From Henriciella sp. (GTDB lineage Bacteria; Pseudomonadota; Alphaproteobacteria; Caulobacterales; Hyphomonadaceae), in NCBI GenBank assembly GCA_017642885.1, contig JAEPOM010000015.1, positions 13,059 through 77,058 of the forward strand: a DNA stretch of 64,000 nucleotides. Reading direction: 5' to 3'. The position numbers and the translations under genes are program-made. The notes below the pieces were generated by a model. It saw only the letters and a list, made by a program, of their open reading frames with translations. It ran no database searches and had not been told where the DNA came from. Numbering within the stretch: the stretch's first letter is position 1; each line of letters starts with the position of its first letter. Below, in pieces: positions 47,105 through 57,229 of the stretch.

Positions 47105-48103
47105 TTGACCTTTTCTGACAAGGTGCGCGCAGCACTCGACAACAAAACCAAACCTATTGGCTCACTGGGTGTGATTGAGGCGCTGGCGGCGCAGATCGCA
47201 GAGATCCAGCAATGCCTTACGCCCTCCGCGGACAGCTGCACGCTCACCATCTTCGCCGCCGATCACGGCATGGCAGAAGCGGGCGTTTCCGCCTTCCCGA
47301 GTGAAGTGACACGGCAAATGGTGATGAACTTCCTGGATGGCGGCGCGGCGGCAAATGTCTTTGCACGCAGCGTTGGCGCAGGCGTGCAAGTTGTAGATGC
47401 AGGCGTATCAGGCCCACCGATCACACACCCGGACCTGATCCAGAATCGTATCGCTGCAGGCACCCGAAACGCCATCTCCCAAGCGGCGATGTCTTCCGAT
47501 CAACTGGACGACGCCCTTGCAGCTGGGGCGGATCTAGGGCGCGCGCTGACCAGCGACGTTGCGTGTTTCGGTGAGATGGGCATCGGAAACACCTCTGCCG
47601 CAAGCCTGGTTTCAGCCAAGGTGCTTGGCATAGAAGTCGAAACGCTGATCGGACGCGGAACAGGTCTCGACGATGCGGGGCTGTCGCGCAAATCCACGCT
47701 TTTGAATCAGGCAGCGGACCGTACGTCGCCTCAACTCGAGGTGACGGTGGCCCTACAAGAATATGGCGGCTTTGAAATCGCCATGATGTGCGGCGCGATG
47801 ATCGGCGCATCAGAGGCCGGACGTATCGTCATCGTTGACGGCTTTATCGCCACCGCAGCTGCCTTATGCGCACTTAGACTCCACCCGGAGTGCTCGAAGA
47901 ATTTCATCTACGCCCATTGCTCTGCCGAGTCCGGACACCGGAAGGTCATGGACGCGTTGGAGGTGCGACCATTGTTGGATCTGGACTTGCGCCTCGGTGA
48001 AGGCACAGGCGCCTTGCTGGCTTGGCCTTTGGTCAAAGCCGCCGCTGCGATGCTGCGCGAAATGGCCAGTTTTGACTCCGCCGGTGTGAGCGGTCCCGGA
48101 TGA
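47105..48103 (+). CDS. cobT: Nicotinate-nucleotide-dimethylbenzimidazole phosphoribosyltransferase
   Basis: KTKPIGSLG, FAADHG, GEMGIGNTSAA, GRGTG, GGFEIA, DGFIA, RLGEGTGA; TTG start. Confidence 0.95.
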   Translation: MTFSDKVRAALDNKTKPIGSLGVIEALAAQIAEIQQCLTPSADSCTLTIFAADHGMAEAGVSAFPSEVTRQMVMNFLDGGAAANVFARSVGAGVQVVDAGVSGPPITHPDLIQNRIAAGTRNAISQAAMSSDQLDDALAAGADLGRALTSDVACFGEMGIGNTSAASLVSAKVLGIEVETLIGRGTGLDDAGLSRKSTLLNQAADRTSPQLEVTVALQEYGGFEIAMMCGAMIGASEAGRIVIVDGFIATAAALCALRLHPECSKNFIYAHCSAESGHRKVMDALEVRPLLDLDLRLGEGTGALLAWPLVKAAAAMLREMASFDSAGVSGPG

Positions 48104-48861
48104 GGAACGAAGTCGCCATCTTCCTGTTGTCCGTTCAGTTTCTGACCCGCCTCCCAGTGCCGGCGTCGGATCTATACTCGCCGGAGCGTTTGAACGCGAC
48201 GCCGCGCTACTACCCATTGGTCGGCGGTCTCTTGGGAGCCATGATCGCAGCGACGTTTTGGGGACTAAGCCTGGTATTGCCGACGAGCCTGGCCCTCGTG
48301 CTGACGATGGCGATCGGCCTTTTGCTGACCGGCGCTTTCCACGAGGACGGACTTGCTGACACGTTTGACGGCATTGGCGGCGGTCGCGACCGCAACACTG
48401 CGCTGACCATTATGAAGGACTCCCGGCTGGGCACTTATGGCACGGCAGCTCTTGTGATGGCCCTTGCCCTCAAATTCGCGAGCCTGATTGCTCTACCAGA
48501 TCTTTGGGTCATCGTCGCGCTGATCTCCGGGCAATGCCTGAGCCGTTTGTCGAGCGTTCTGGTCATCGCGACCAGCCGCTATGCGCGCGCCGAAGGCAAA
48601 GCGAAACCCGTCGCCGAGACCCTTTCTGGCTTCAGCTTGATGGTCGTCATCCTAACCGGCATCGTGACGGTCACGGCAGCGGCTTTCTTCCTACCCTTGA
48701 GCTCAATCGGCGTGGGACTGGTGGGTGCTACTGCCGGACACATCGGCATGCGTCTTCTGTTTGAGCGCAAACTGGGTGGCTACACGGGCGACACGCTTGG
48801 AGCGGTTCAGCAAGCCAGCGAGATCGGGTTCTATCTGGGACTAGTCGCATGGCTGTCCTAA
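48100..48861 (+). CDS. cobS: Adenosylcobinamide-GDP ribazoletransferase (cobalamin synthase)
   Basis: QFLTRLP, TGAFHEDGLADTFDG, MKDSRLGTYG, GGYTGDTLGA. Confidence 0.95.
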   Translation: MRNEVAIFLLSVQFLTRLPVPASDLYSPERLNATPRYYPLVGGLLGAMIAATFWGLSLVLPTSLALVLTMAIGLLLTGAFHEDGLADTFDGIGGGRDRNTALTIMKDSRLGTYGTAALVMALALKFASLIALPDLWVIVALISGQCLSRLSSVLVIATSRYARAEGKAKPVAETLSGFSLMVVILTGIVTVTAAAFFLPLSSIGVGLVGATAGHIGMRLLFERKLGGYTGDTLGAVQQASEIGFYLGLVAWLS

Positions 48862-49385
48862 TGTTGCGCCACACCACGCCGCGGGTCGCGCCGGGGACCT
48901 GTTACGGACATACCGACCTCGATGTCGCCGACAGTTTTGACCATGAGGCCGCGCAGGTTCTCGAGCGCTTGCCGGGCGCGGGCGCAATTGTATCAAGCCC
49001 GCTCCAACGCTGCCGCAAACTCGCGGAACGGATCGCGACACGTCACAACGTGAGCGTAAGATTGGATGCTCGCATTATGGAGATGGATTTCGGAACCTGG
49101 GAAGGTCGGGCCTGGTCTGATATTCCGCGCAATGAGCTCGACGAGTGGGCTGCAAACTTTTTTCGGGCCCGACCGCATGGCGGCGAATCTGTTGAGACGC
49201 TGAAAACCCGCGTTGATGCTGCGCTTCTGGACATTCAGTCGACACAGGTCCAGACCCTCATCATCACGCATGCAGGAGTCATCCGCTCCGCGCTCGCCAA
49301 AGGCACCGGAGTGCGGGACTTTCAAACCGAAATCGGTTTTGGCGAATTCGTGCGCCTGCCGGAAACATCGCAGGAACTCAAATGA
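48849..49385 (+). CDS. cobC: Histidine phosphatase, alpha-ribazole phosphatase-like
   Basis: LRHT, CYGHTD, SSPLQRC, EMDFGTWEG, HGGES, THAGVIR; context. Confidence 0.8.
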   Translation: MAVLMLRHTTPRVAPGTCYGHTDLDVADSFDHEAAQVLERLPGAGAIVSSPLQRCRKLAERIATRHNVSVRLDARIMEMDFGTWEGRAWSDIPRNELDEWAANFFRARPHGGESVETLKTRVDAALLDIQSTQVQTLIITHAGVIRSALAKGTGVRDFQTEIGFGEFVRLPETSQELK

Positions 49386-49981
49386 GCGATCCAGATCATC
49401 ACAAAGCCGAAATGCAAAAGCTGCAGGCGGAACAAAAACGCAAAACCTCTGAAGCACGCGATCCAGATCGCGGTCTTGTTCTCGTCCATACCGGCGATGG
49501 TAAGGGGAAGTCGAGCTCGGCGTTTGGCGTGATTATCCGCGCACTCGGATGGGGGAAGTCGGTCGGTGTGGTGCAATTCATCAAAGGCAAGTGGATCACT
49601 GGCGAGCGACAATTCTTCGATAAGCTCGGCAGCGTCGACTGGCACACAATGGGCGACGGCTTCACCTGGGATACTCAGGATAAGGACAAGGACATCGAAG
49701 CGGCGGAAGCCGCGTTCGCCAAAGCCTGCGTGATGATGTCCAGCGGTGACTATGACCTGATTGTCCTAGACGAGATCAACATCGCCATGCGTTACGATTA
49801 CTTGTCAGCGGAAGCCGTGCTCGACGGCTTGAGCCAGCGAGCAACGCGCACCAGCGTGATCCTGACCGGACGAGATGCGAAACAAGAACTCTGCGACTAC
49901 GCGGACCTGGTGAGTGAAATGCGGGAAGTGAAACACCCCTTCAAGGCCGGAATCAAAGCGCAACGCGGTCTTGATTTTTAG
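49382..49981 (+). CDS. cobO: Cob(I)alamin adenosyltransferase
   Basis: VHTGDGKGKSSSAFG, VVQFIKG, LDEIN, LTGR, KHPFKAGIKAQRGLDF. Confidence 0.96.
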   Translation: MSDPDHHKAEMQKLQAEQKRKTSEARDPDRGLVLVHTGDGKGKSSSAFGVIIRALGWGKSVGVVQFIKGKWITGERQFFDKLGSVDWHTMGDGFTWDTQDKDKDIEAAEAAFAKACVMMSSGDYDLIVLDEINIAMRYDYLSAEAVLDGLSQRATRTSVILTGRDAKQELCDYADLVSEMREVKHPFKAGIKAQRGLDF

Positions 49982-50042
49982 TCCCCACCCGCGACACGCG
50001 CGGAAATTGACAAGCGCACACGCCTGTAGCATCTAGCGCCAC

Positions 50043-50201
50043 AGATGGTGCCATTCGAGAGAGTGGCTAAGAGGGAAGCCGGTTTAAATCCGGCGCTGTA
50101 CCCGCAACTGTAAGCCAGTAGCGACGGGCCACAAAGCCACTGAGGATTTCCTTGGGAAGGCGGTCGGAAGCGAAGATTGGTGAGCCAGGAGACCTGCCAT
50201 C
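50043..50201 (+). ncRNA. Cobalamin riboswitch
   Basis: aagagggaagccggt..aaatccggcgctg..cccgcaactgta core, gccactg..tgggaagg, and B12 box agccaggagacctgccatc; TTGACA at 50007; upstream of btuB. Confidence 0.96.
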
Positions 50202-50376
50202 GCGTCGTTCGTCCGGAGGCCGGGAAGAGTCTCAGCGGTCGGGAAGGTTTTAGAGACCTCTCCTTTGAAACGGCAGTAATGTTGGCTTGGCCGCTCGCGC
50301 AGATGTTCTGTGAGGCCATTGTGTCGTTTTCAGTGCGCCATTTTCCGGGCGGCGTGGCGCTGAGAGGGTTTTCCTC

Positions 50377-52206
50377 ATGTACTTCAAAACCGCGCTACTC
50401 AGCGCCGTTTCCTTATCCATCGTCGCACCTGCACTCGCGCAAGGCGATGATGAAACCACCACGCTGAATACCGTGATTGTCGAAGGCTCACGCCTGAACC
50501 AAACCGCCACGGAAATTGGATCATCGGTCAGCATCATCACAGCCGACGATATTGATCAGCTTGGCGTCGACTTTGTGCTCGATGCCATCGCTGCGGCCCC
50601 GGGCGTAACCATCAATCAGAATGGCGCATTTGGCGGCTCTGCATCTGTGCGGATTCGCGGCGCTGCGAGTGAACAGACTCTGGTTCTGATTGACGGCGTG
50701 CCGGTGAATGACCCATCCTCACCCGGCGGCGGTTTTAACTTTGCCCGTGTGGATACCGAGAGCGTTGAGCGGATCGAAATCCTCAAAGGCCCACAATCAA
50801 CCTTGTGGGGAACTGACGCGATTGGCGGCGTTGTCTCAATTACGACTAAGCGCCCTGAAGAAGGCGTCGGTGGCACTGCTTTTGCCGAATATGGAAGCTT
50901 CAACACGTTTCGTGGCGGCGCCTCCATTGAAAACGGGTCCGAGGCCGGCGACTTTCGTCTCGCTATCACCGGAACCGACTCAGATGGCATCTCAAAAGCC
51001 GACGAAAACAACGGCAACACCGAAGACGATCCATTTGAATCGCTGACCGTGTCTGCGAAGGGCGGATTGAACTTTGGGAGCGATGCGCGCCTGTCCGCAG
51101 ACATTCTCTGGACCGATGCTGAGTCCGCTTTCGACGGATTTGTATCGGGTGCGCCGCAAAGTGTTGGGGATTTGCCCAATGTTTCCGAAACCGAAGAAGT
51201 GTCTGGAAATGTCTCGCTGACCGGGACGCTCTTCAACGGCAGTCTGGACAATCTGTTGCTGGTCGGAGTTTCCGAGATTGATCGGCAGAATTTCAGCAAT
51301 GGCACACCAAGCTTCAACGCCACCGGGGATCGCACGATCTATCGCTATCAAGGCACGTTCGACGTGAACGATACCAATACGCTAGCATTTGGCGCAGAGC
51401 GTGAGGAAACCGAATTTGACGGTAACGAGACGACGATAGACGGACTGTTCGGTCTATATGAGCTGCAAGCCACCGATGCCCTGACATTGACCGCAGGATT
51501 GCGAGTTGATGACCATAGCAGTTTCGGCACGGAGACGACCGGACGTGCAGCAGCGGCGTACAATCCAAATCCGCAATGGACCTTCCGAGCCAGCTGGGGG
51601 CAAGGGTTCAAAGCACCGACCCTATTTCAATTGTCTGGCGGCGGCTTTGCAACTCCAAATCCGAATATTCAGCCGGAAACTTCGGAAGCGTTTGATGCAG
51701 GTATCGACTGGCGGTCCGCAGACGGGCGACTGGCCGCGAGCGTGACCGTGTTCGACACTGACATCGAAAATCTGATCGGCTACGCCCCGACTGGGTATTT
51801 CAATGAAGCAGAAGTCGAAACCAAGGGCATTGAGCTCACTGGGCGCGCAGACCTGACTGATTGGGCCAGCGTGGATGTCAGCTATGCTTACATTGACGCC
51901 ACTGACACTGACGGTGATCAACTCAGACGTCAGCCAGAGCATTCAGGGGATGTCCGTCTCTCACTGGATCCGGATGGCCCATTCTCTGGCGCAGTCCTCA
52001 TTCGCTACAATGGCGAGGAACAAAACAGCGCCACCACGTCGGTCGACAGCTGGACCCGCGTCGATGTCACCGGAAGCTACGATCTAAACGACCGTATCGA
52101 ATTATTCGGACGGATCGAGAACCTGTTTGATGAGGAATATCAGCAGATCCGCGGCTATGGCACGCCGGATCTATCGGGATCCATTGGTATCCGCTTAAGG
52201 TACTGA
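50377..52206 (+). CDS. btuB: TonB-dependent corrinoid receptor
   Basis: Signal peptide; TonB box TVIVEG; plug IRGAASEQTLVLIDG, IEILKGPQSTLWGTDAIGGVV; C-terminal ENLFDEEYQ..GYGTPDLSGSIGIRLRY; riboswitch-led. Confidence 0.93.
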   Translation: MYFKTALLSAVSLSIVAPALAQGDDETTTLNTVIVEGSRLNQTATEIGSSVSIITADDIDQLGVDFVLDAIAAAPGVTINQNGAFGGSASVRIRGAASEQTLVLIDGVPVNDPSSPGGGFNFARVDTESVERIEILKGPQSTLWGTDAIGGVVSITTKRPEEGVGGTAFAEYGSFNTFRGGASIENGSEAGDFRLAITGTDSDGISKADENNGNTEDDPFESLTVSAKGGLNFGSDARLSADILWTDAESAFDGFVSGAPQSVGDLPNVSETEEVSGNVSLTGTLFNGSLDNLLLVGVSEIDRQNFSNGTPSFNATGDRTIYRYQGTFDVNDTNTLAFGAEREETEFDGNETTIDGLFGLYELQATDALTLTAGLRVDDHSSFGTETTGRAAAAYNPNPQWTFRASWGQGFKAPTLFQLSGGGFATPNPNIQPETSEAFDAGIDWRSADGRLAASVTVFDTDIENLIGYAPTGYFNEAEVETKGIELTGRADLTDWASVDVSYAYIDATDTDGDQLRRQPEHSGDVRLSLDPDGPFSGAVLIRYNGEEQNSATTSVDSWTRVDVTGSYDLNDRIELFGRIENLFDEEYQQIRGYGTPDLSGSIGIRLRY

Positions 52207-52210
52207 TCGG

Positions 52211-53059
52211 ATGTTCAGGCTGACTTTTCTCATCGTTTGCATTGGTCTTGGCGCTTGCGGCAAGCCAGAGTCGGTGAGTTCCCCCTTGTCCGACCGACCG
52301 ATGCGGATCGTCAGCCTGGATTTTTGCTCCGATCAGTATGTTCTCAAATTCGCGGATCGCGAGCAGATTCTCGCACTGTCACCAGATGCCGAGCGCGATT
52401 TCTCATTCATGCGATCCGAAGCCGATGGCCTTCCGAAAGTGCGCCCTCTGGCCGAAGACGTACTGATCCTGAAACCGGATCTTGTCGTGAGATCATATGG
52501 CGGTGGCCCCAATGCCGCTTCGTTTTTCGAACGCGCCGGAATTCCGGTTTTGCAAATCGGTTGGGCAACATCCATCCATGGTGAAGACGTCGGCACCATT
52601 CCAAACGTGGTTGCCGAAGTCGCCACCGGCCTCGGCCAGACCGATCGGGGAGCTGCACTAGTCCAGGAGTTCACCGACCGTCTCAATCGCATAAAGGCCA
52701 GTTCAAGTGGAAAAACAGCGCTTTACATGACCCCCACCGGCGTCACCACGGGCGGCGAAACGATGGCGCACAAAATGATGCAAGCGGCCGGACTAGAAAA
52801 TTTCATGGACCGCCCCGGCTGGCATAGTCTGCCTCTGGAGCGTCTCGCTTACGAGCGTCCTGAACTGGTGGTCGCAGCATTCTTCGACGCAAAGACCAAT
52901 CATGAAAACGCCTGGAGTCCCTCTCGTCACCCAATTGCAAAACGAGAGTTGACCGAAGCGCCTCGCGTAAATCTACAAGGCGCGTGGCTTTCCTGCGGAG
53001 GTTGGTTCATTCTCGAGGCCGTCGAGGCGTTGGCCGAGGGAGCGCAGATCGATGGTTGA
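52211..53059 (+). CDS. btuF: Corrinoid ABC transporter binding lipoprotein
   Basis: Lipobox LGAC; RIVSLDFCSDQYVL, EDVLILKPDLVV. Confidence 0.85.
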   Translation: MFRLTFLIVCIGLGACGKPESVSSPLSDRPMRIVSLDFCSDQYVLKFADREQILALSPDAERDFSFMRSEADGLPKVRPLAEDVLILKPDLVVRSYGGGPNAASFFERAGIPVLQIGWATSIHGEDVGTIPNVVAEVATGLGQTDRGAALVQEFTDRLNRIKASSSGKTALYMTPTGVTTGGETMAHKMMQAAGLENFMDRPGWHSLPLERLAYERPELVVAAFFDAKTNHENAWSPSRHPIAKRELTEAPRVNLQGAWLSCGGWFILEAVEALAEGAQIDG

Positions 53060-54041
53060 CCGCTGGCTTACTCCCGGCCTCTGCGCTCTATCTGTTCTGG
53101 CGATATTTGCGGCCTGCCTGCTCGGCTCAACCGCAATGCCGATCGAACGCGTGTTTCAGGCCTTCATCGGCGGCGCGGACGAAGCAGACCGATTGGTCGT
53201 CTGGACGATCCGCCTTCCTCGCGCACTTGCTGCCTTCCTGACCGGTGCGGCGCTCGGCATTAGCGGCGCCGCGCTTCAGGGCCTACTTCGCAACCCGTTG
53301 GCTGAACCCGGTGTTCTGGGCGTATCGGCATCGGCATCACTCACCGCGACCTCTGCCCTTTATTTTGGCCTGGTCGCGTTCAATCCCTGGGTCTTGCCAT
53401 TCGCCGCAATCACGGGCGCGCTCATCGCCACTGCCTTGCTGGCCTTCGCCGCGACGCGCACGCAATCGGTTGTCACTTTGATCCTCATTGGGGTCGGATT
53501 GTCGAGCTTCTCCGGCGCCTTGATGAGCCTCCTCATGAACCTCGCGCCCAATCCGTTTTCATTGGCAGACATGATCAACTGGATGCTCGGCTCGGTCGCC
53601 AATCGTAGCTTTGATGAGATCGGCCTTGCTTTGCCATTCATTGGCGGCGGCGTCGCCCTGTTACTCGCCACACGGCGCGGCCTGTCGGCTTTGACGCTTG
53701 GCGAAGAAGCCGCTTCGGGCGTCGGACTTAACCTACAGCATCAGCGCATCTGGACCGTTCTGGGCGCAGGCCTCGCAACCGGTGGCTCCGTCGCGCTCGC
53801 TGGGGCGATCGGGTTTGTCGGCATTGTTGCGCCGCACGTCATCCGTCCTTTCGTGAAGCACGATCCCGCCAGGTCTCTCGTTCCATCTGCCCTGCTTGCC
53901 GGGCTAATTCTGGTGATTGCGGACATTTTTGTTCGCATCCTGCCAAGCACGAATGAACTCAAGCTCGGAGTCGTTGCGGCTTTGATCGGTGCGCCAGCGT
54001 TTGTTTGGATCGCAATGCAGAGGCGCGCCGGTCATGACTGA
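53052..54041 (+). CDS. btuC: Corrinoid ABC transporter permease
   Basis: IRLPRAL, GAALQGLLRNPLAEPGVLGVS, IGFVGIVAPH. Confidence 0.9.
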   Translation: MVDRWLTPGLCALSVLAIFAACLLGSTAMPIERVFQAFIGGADEADRLVVWTIRLPRALAAFLTGAALGISGAALQGLLRNPLAEPGVLGVSASASLTATSALYFGLVAFNPWVLPFAAITGALIATALLAFAATRTQSVVTLILIGVGLSSFSGALMSLLMNLAPNPFSLADMINWMLGSVANRSFDEIGLALPFIGGGVALLLATRRGLSALTLGEEAASGVGLNLQHQRIWTVLGAGLATGGSVALAGAIGFVGIVAPHVIRPFVKHDPARSLVPSALLAGLILVIADIFVRILPSTNELKLGVVAALIGAPAFVWIAMQRRAGHD

Positions 54042-54795
54042 TCTGATTGTTGAAAGCCTCTCTTTGAAAGCGGGCGATGCAACGCTGGTCAACGATGCGA
54101 GCTTCAAGCTCTCACCGGGTGAACTCGTTATTCTGCTCGGCCCCAACGGTGCGGGTAAGACCAGCCTTATCAGAGGTGCGCTGGGGTTTCAGGCATTGGT
54201 ATCGGGATCCGCCTCATTGGGGGGACAAGACACGTCCAAACTCTCCCCGATTGAGCGGGCACGGCAAATCGCCTACCTCCCCCAGATTCGCCCCCTCGCC
54301 TGGCCCAATCAAGTGCACGACGTAGTTTCCCTTGGTCGGTTCAGCCATGGCGCAACGCTCGGGAAACTGACCGGAAGCGATGCCGCCGCCGTGGATCGCG
54401 CCATCGTCGCGTGCGACCTGACGCATCTGGCGCACCGGACGACAGACTCACTCTCAGGTGGAGAATTGGCGCGTGTTCATTGTGCCCGCGCTTTTGCATC
54501 CGAGGCGCCGCTTTTGATTGCAGACGAACCCACAGCCGCGCTTGATCCGCGCCACCAATTCCGGATTCTCGATCTGATAAAATCCTATGTCAGCAATGGC
54601 GGCGGCGCCTTGCTCGTACTTCATGATATCGAGCTGGCCGCCCGCTATGCGACGCGCCTCATCTGGATGAAAGATGGACAGATCATCGCCAATGGCCCAC
54701 CTGCGGAAACGCTTACACCTGAGCGGATATCCGACGTCTATCGCGTCTCTGCCAGGATTGAGGCCGGACGGATTATCATGGACGGCGCCCTATGA
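54034..54795 (+). CDS. btuD: Corrinoid ABC transporter ATPase
   Basis: GPNGAGKT, LSGGE, LLIADEPTAALD, LHD; start moved to ATG 54034. Confidence 0.9.
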   Translation: MTDLIVESLSLKAGDATLVNDASFKLSPGELVILLGPNGAGKTSLIRGALGFQALVSGSASLGGQDTSKLSPIERARQIAYLPQIRPLAWPNQVHDVVSLGRFSHGATLGKLTGSDAAAVDRAIVACDLTHLAHRTTDSLSGGELARVHCARAFASEAPLLIADEPTAALDPRHQFRILDLIKSYVSNGGGALLVLHDIELAARYATRLIWMKDGQIIANGPPAETLTPERISDVYRVSARIEAGRIIMDGAL

Positions 54796-56279
54796 TCGGC
54801 AAAGCGCTGATGCTGCAAGGAACCGGATCGGATGTTGGAAAGTCCATCTTGGTCGCAGCGCTTTGCAGGATCGCAAAACAGCGCGGTCTGCGCGTCGCGC
54901 CTTTCAAACCGCAGAATATGTCCAACAATGCGATGGCTTGCCCGAGCGGCGGTGAAATCGGTCGCGCGCAGGCTTTGCAAGCTCGCGCCGCTGGGCTTGA
55001 CCCACATGCGGATATGAACCCCGTCCTGTTGAAACCGCAAACTGATCGCACCGCGCAAGTGGTCGTGCACGGAAAAGCGCTCAACGCGATGGAAGCCGCT
55101 GATTACATGGCCTCGCGCGATCAACTCATGGGCGCCGTACTCGAGAGCTTTCAGCGGCTTATCGCGGCAAACGATCTCGTCATTGTTGAAGGCGCCGGTA
55201 GCCCGGCTGAAATCAACCTGCGGGATCGCGACATTGCCAATATGGGGTTTGCTCGCCGCGCCGGTGTGCCAGTGTGCCTTATCGGCGACATCGACAAGGG
55301 CGGAGTAATTGCCAGTCTGGTCGGCACACAGGACGTGCTTGCGCCTGAGGACGCCCAGATGATCGAAGGGTTTCTGATCAACAAGTTTCGCGGAGATCCT
55401 GCGCTTTTTGAAGACGGTGTGCGCGCCATTGAAGCTCGAACGGGATGGCCTTGTTTCGGGGTCGTTCCGTGGTTACGCGCGCCCACAGTGTTGCCGGCTG
55501 AAGACGCAGTTGCGCTGCAAGACTTGCCTCGCTCTAGAACGGGCAGTTTGAAAGTCGTCGCCCCCATGCTGTCTCGCATCGCAAATTTCGATGACGCGGA
55601 CCCGCTTCGCCTGGATCCTGGCATAGACTTTCGCTGGATCCCACCTGGCACGCCTCTGCCGCGCGAAACTGATCTCGTCATTTTGTTCGGGACGAAATCG
55701 ACCATTGGAGATCTGCGGTTCCTCCGCGAACAGGGATGGGATCATGACATCATCGCGCACGCGCGCACGGGCGGACGCGTGCTCGGAATTTGTGGCGGGT
55801 TCCAGATGTTGGGTACTGATATCTACGACCCGGATGGCCATGATGGCCCTGCCGGACATGAGGTTGGTCTTGGTCTCCTCGACGTGCGCACGGTCATGAC
55901 CGGCGCCAAGCAGGTTGTTCCAGCAACCGGAAAGTGCGCCCGCACCGGTGAGGCGATCAGCGGCTATGAAATTCATGTCGGCGAGACGGACGGTCCCGAC
56001 ACAGCCCAACCGTTTGCGATTGTCCGCGGACAGGCCGAAGGGGCAAGGTCTCCCGATAACCGAATCCAGGGCACTTATTTGCACGGCGTCTTCGAGGCGG
56101 ATGGTTTTCGGCAGTCCTGGCTATCTGAAGCGGGCGCTCAACCTGACACTGCGATGAATTTCAATGCCAGGATCGAAACGGCTCTCGACGATCTCGCGGA
56201 GGGCGTTTCACAAGCGGTAGATGTCGACGCCCTGCTCAACCTCGCCGCAACACCGGCGCTGGTGCGGAAGGATGCATGA
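54792..56279 (+). CDS. cobQ: Cobyric acid synthase
   Basis: MLQGTGSDVGKS, PFKPQNMSNN, EGAGSPAEINL, GICGGFQMLG, GYEIH, GTYLHG. Confidence 0.96.
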   Translation: MIGKALMLQGTGSDVGKSILVAALCRIAKQRGLRVAPFKPQNMSNNAMACPSGGEIGRAQALQARAAGLDPHADMNPVLLKPQTDRTAQVVVHGKALNAMEAADYMASRDQLMGAVLESFQRLIAANDLVIVEGAGSPAEINLRDRDIANMGFARRAGVPVCLIGDIDKGGVIASLVGTQDVLAPEDAQMIEGFLINKFRGDPALFEDGVRAIEARTGWPCFGVVPWLRAPTVLPAEDAVALQDLPRSRTGSLKVVAPMLSRIANFDDADPLRLDPGIDFRWIPPGTPLPRETDLVILFGTKSTIGDLRFLREQGWDHDIIAHARTGGRVLGICGGFQMLGTDIYDPDGHDGPAGHEVGLGLLDVRTVMTGAKQVVPATGKCARTGEAISGYEIHVGETDGPDTAQPFAIVRGQAEGARSPDNRIQGTYLHGVFEADGFRQSWLSEAGAQPDTAMNFNARIETALDDLAEGVSQAVDVDALLNLAATPALVRKDA

Positions 56280-57229
56280 CCGGGCTGAGCTTGATCGCTG
56301 CGGCCTGGACGATTGAGGTCGTGTTCGGTTGGCCCGATTGGCTTCATAAGCGCATTCGACATCCTGTTGTCTGGTTGGGAACTGTGATAGCCGCGCTCGA
56401 CCGGACGTTTAATCGCGCGGGAAGCATTGGCCCTGTGCGTTATGCATCAGGCGTCATCGCGACGATTGTAGTGGTGAGCGTGGCTGCGGGACTGGCTTGG
56501 TTGATTGGCGCCATCTTGCCAGAGAGTTGGTGGGGGTTCGCGATCGAAGCTCTTATTGCATCCAGCCTTATCGCCTCACGCAGCCTGTACGCCCATGTGG
56601 CAGCGGTCTGGCAGCCGTTGGCGACTGGCGATCTTGACTCAGCGCGGCACGCCGTCGCCCAAATCGTGGGACGTGATCCCGCGACACTCGAGGAAGACGG
56701 GATCGTACGTGCCAGCCTCGAAAGTCTAGCCGAGAACGCTTCCGATGGCGTGATGGCACCGGTCTTTTGGGGAGTGATTTTCGGACTGCCAGGAATTGCT
56801 GCGTACAAGGCCATCAATACATTGGACTCAATGATCGGTCATCGCAGCGACCGCCACGCGGAATTTGGAGGCTTCGCCGCAAGGCTGGATGATCTTGTCA
56901 ATCTGATCCCGGCGCGTTTGACCGGAATGTTGATTGCCGTCGCCAACCTCAAGCCGTCCGCGTTTCACGTCATGGTTCGGGACGCGGGAAAGCACCGGTC
57001 CCCGAATGCAGGGTGGCCGGAAGCGGCAATGGCGGGTGGATTGGGTATTCGGCTTTCTGGGCCGCGTTTCTATTCGGGTCAGATACATGATGAGCCGTGG
57101 CTCAATGGGGCCAAGCGCGATCCCGGCGCTGTCGATCTCAAGCGCGGTCTGGCGCTATATTGCGCCGCGATGGGCTTGGCCGGCGCAGTGTTGATCGCAT
57201 TACTTCTAGGGGTTCACTATGCGTCCTGA
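56276..57229 (+). CDS. cobD: Adenosylcobinamide-phosphate synthase (CobD/CbiB)
   Basis: HPVVWLG, IVGRD, ESLAENASDGVMAP, YKAINTLDSMIGH, HRSPNAGWPEAAMAG. Confidence 0.96.
   Translation: MTGLSLIAAAWTIEVVFGWPDWLHKRIRHPVVWLGTVIAALDRTFNRAGSIGPVRYASGVIATIVVVSVAAGLAWLIGAILPESWWGFAIEALIASSLIASRSLYAHVAAVWQPLATGDLDSARHAVAQIVGRDPATLEEDGIVRASLESLAENASDGVMAPVFWGVIFGLPGIAAYKAINTLDSMIGHRSDRHAEFGGFAARLDDLVNLIPARLTGMLIAVANLKPSAFHVMVRDAGKHRSPNAGWPEAAMAGGLGIRLSGPRFYSGQIHDEPWLNGAKRDPGAVDLKRGLALYCAAMGLAGAVLIALLLGVHYAS

Noticed and set aside
50616-51335. 239-aa minus-strand ORF
   Set aside because: Antisense shadow of btuB
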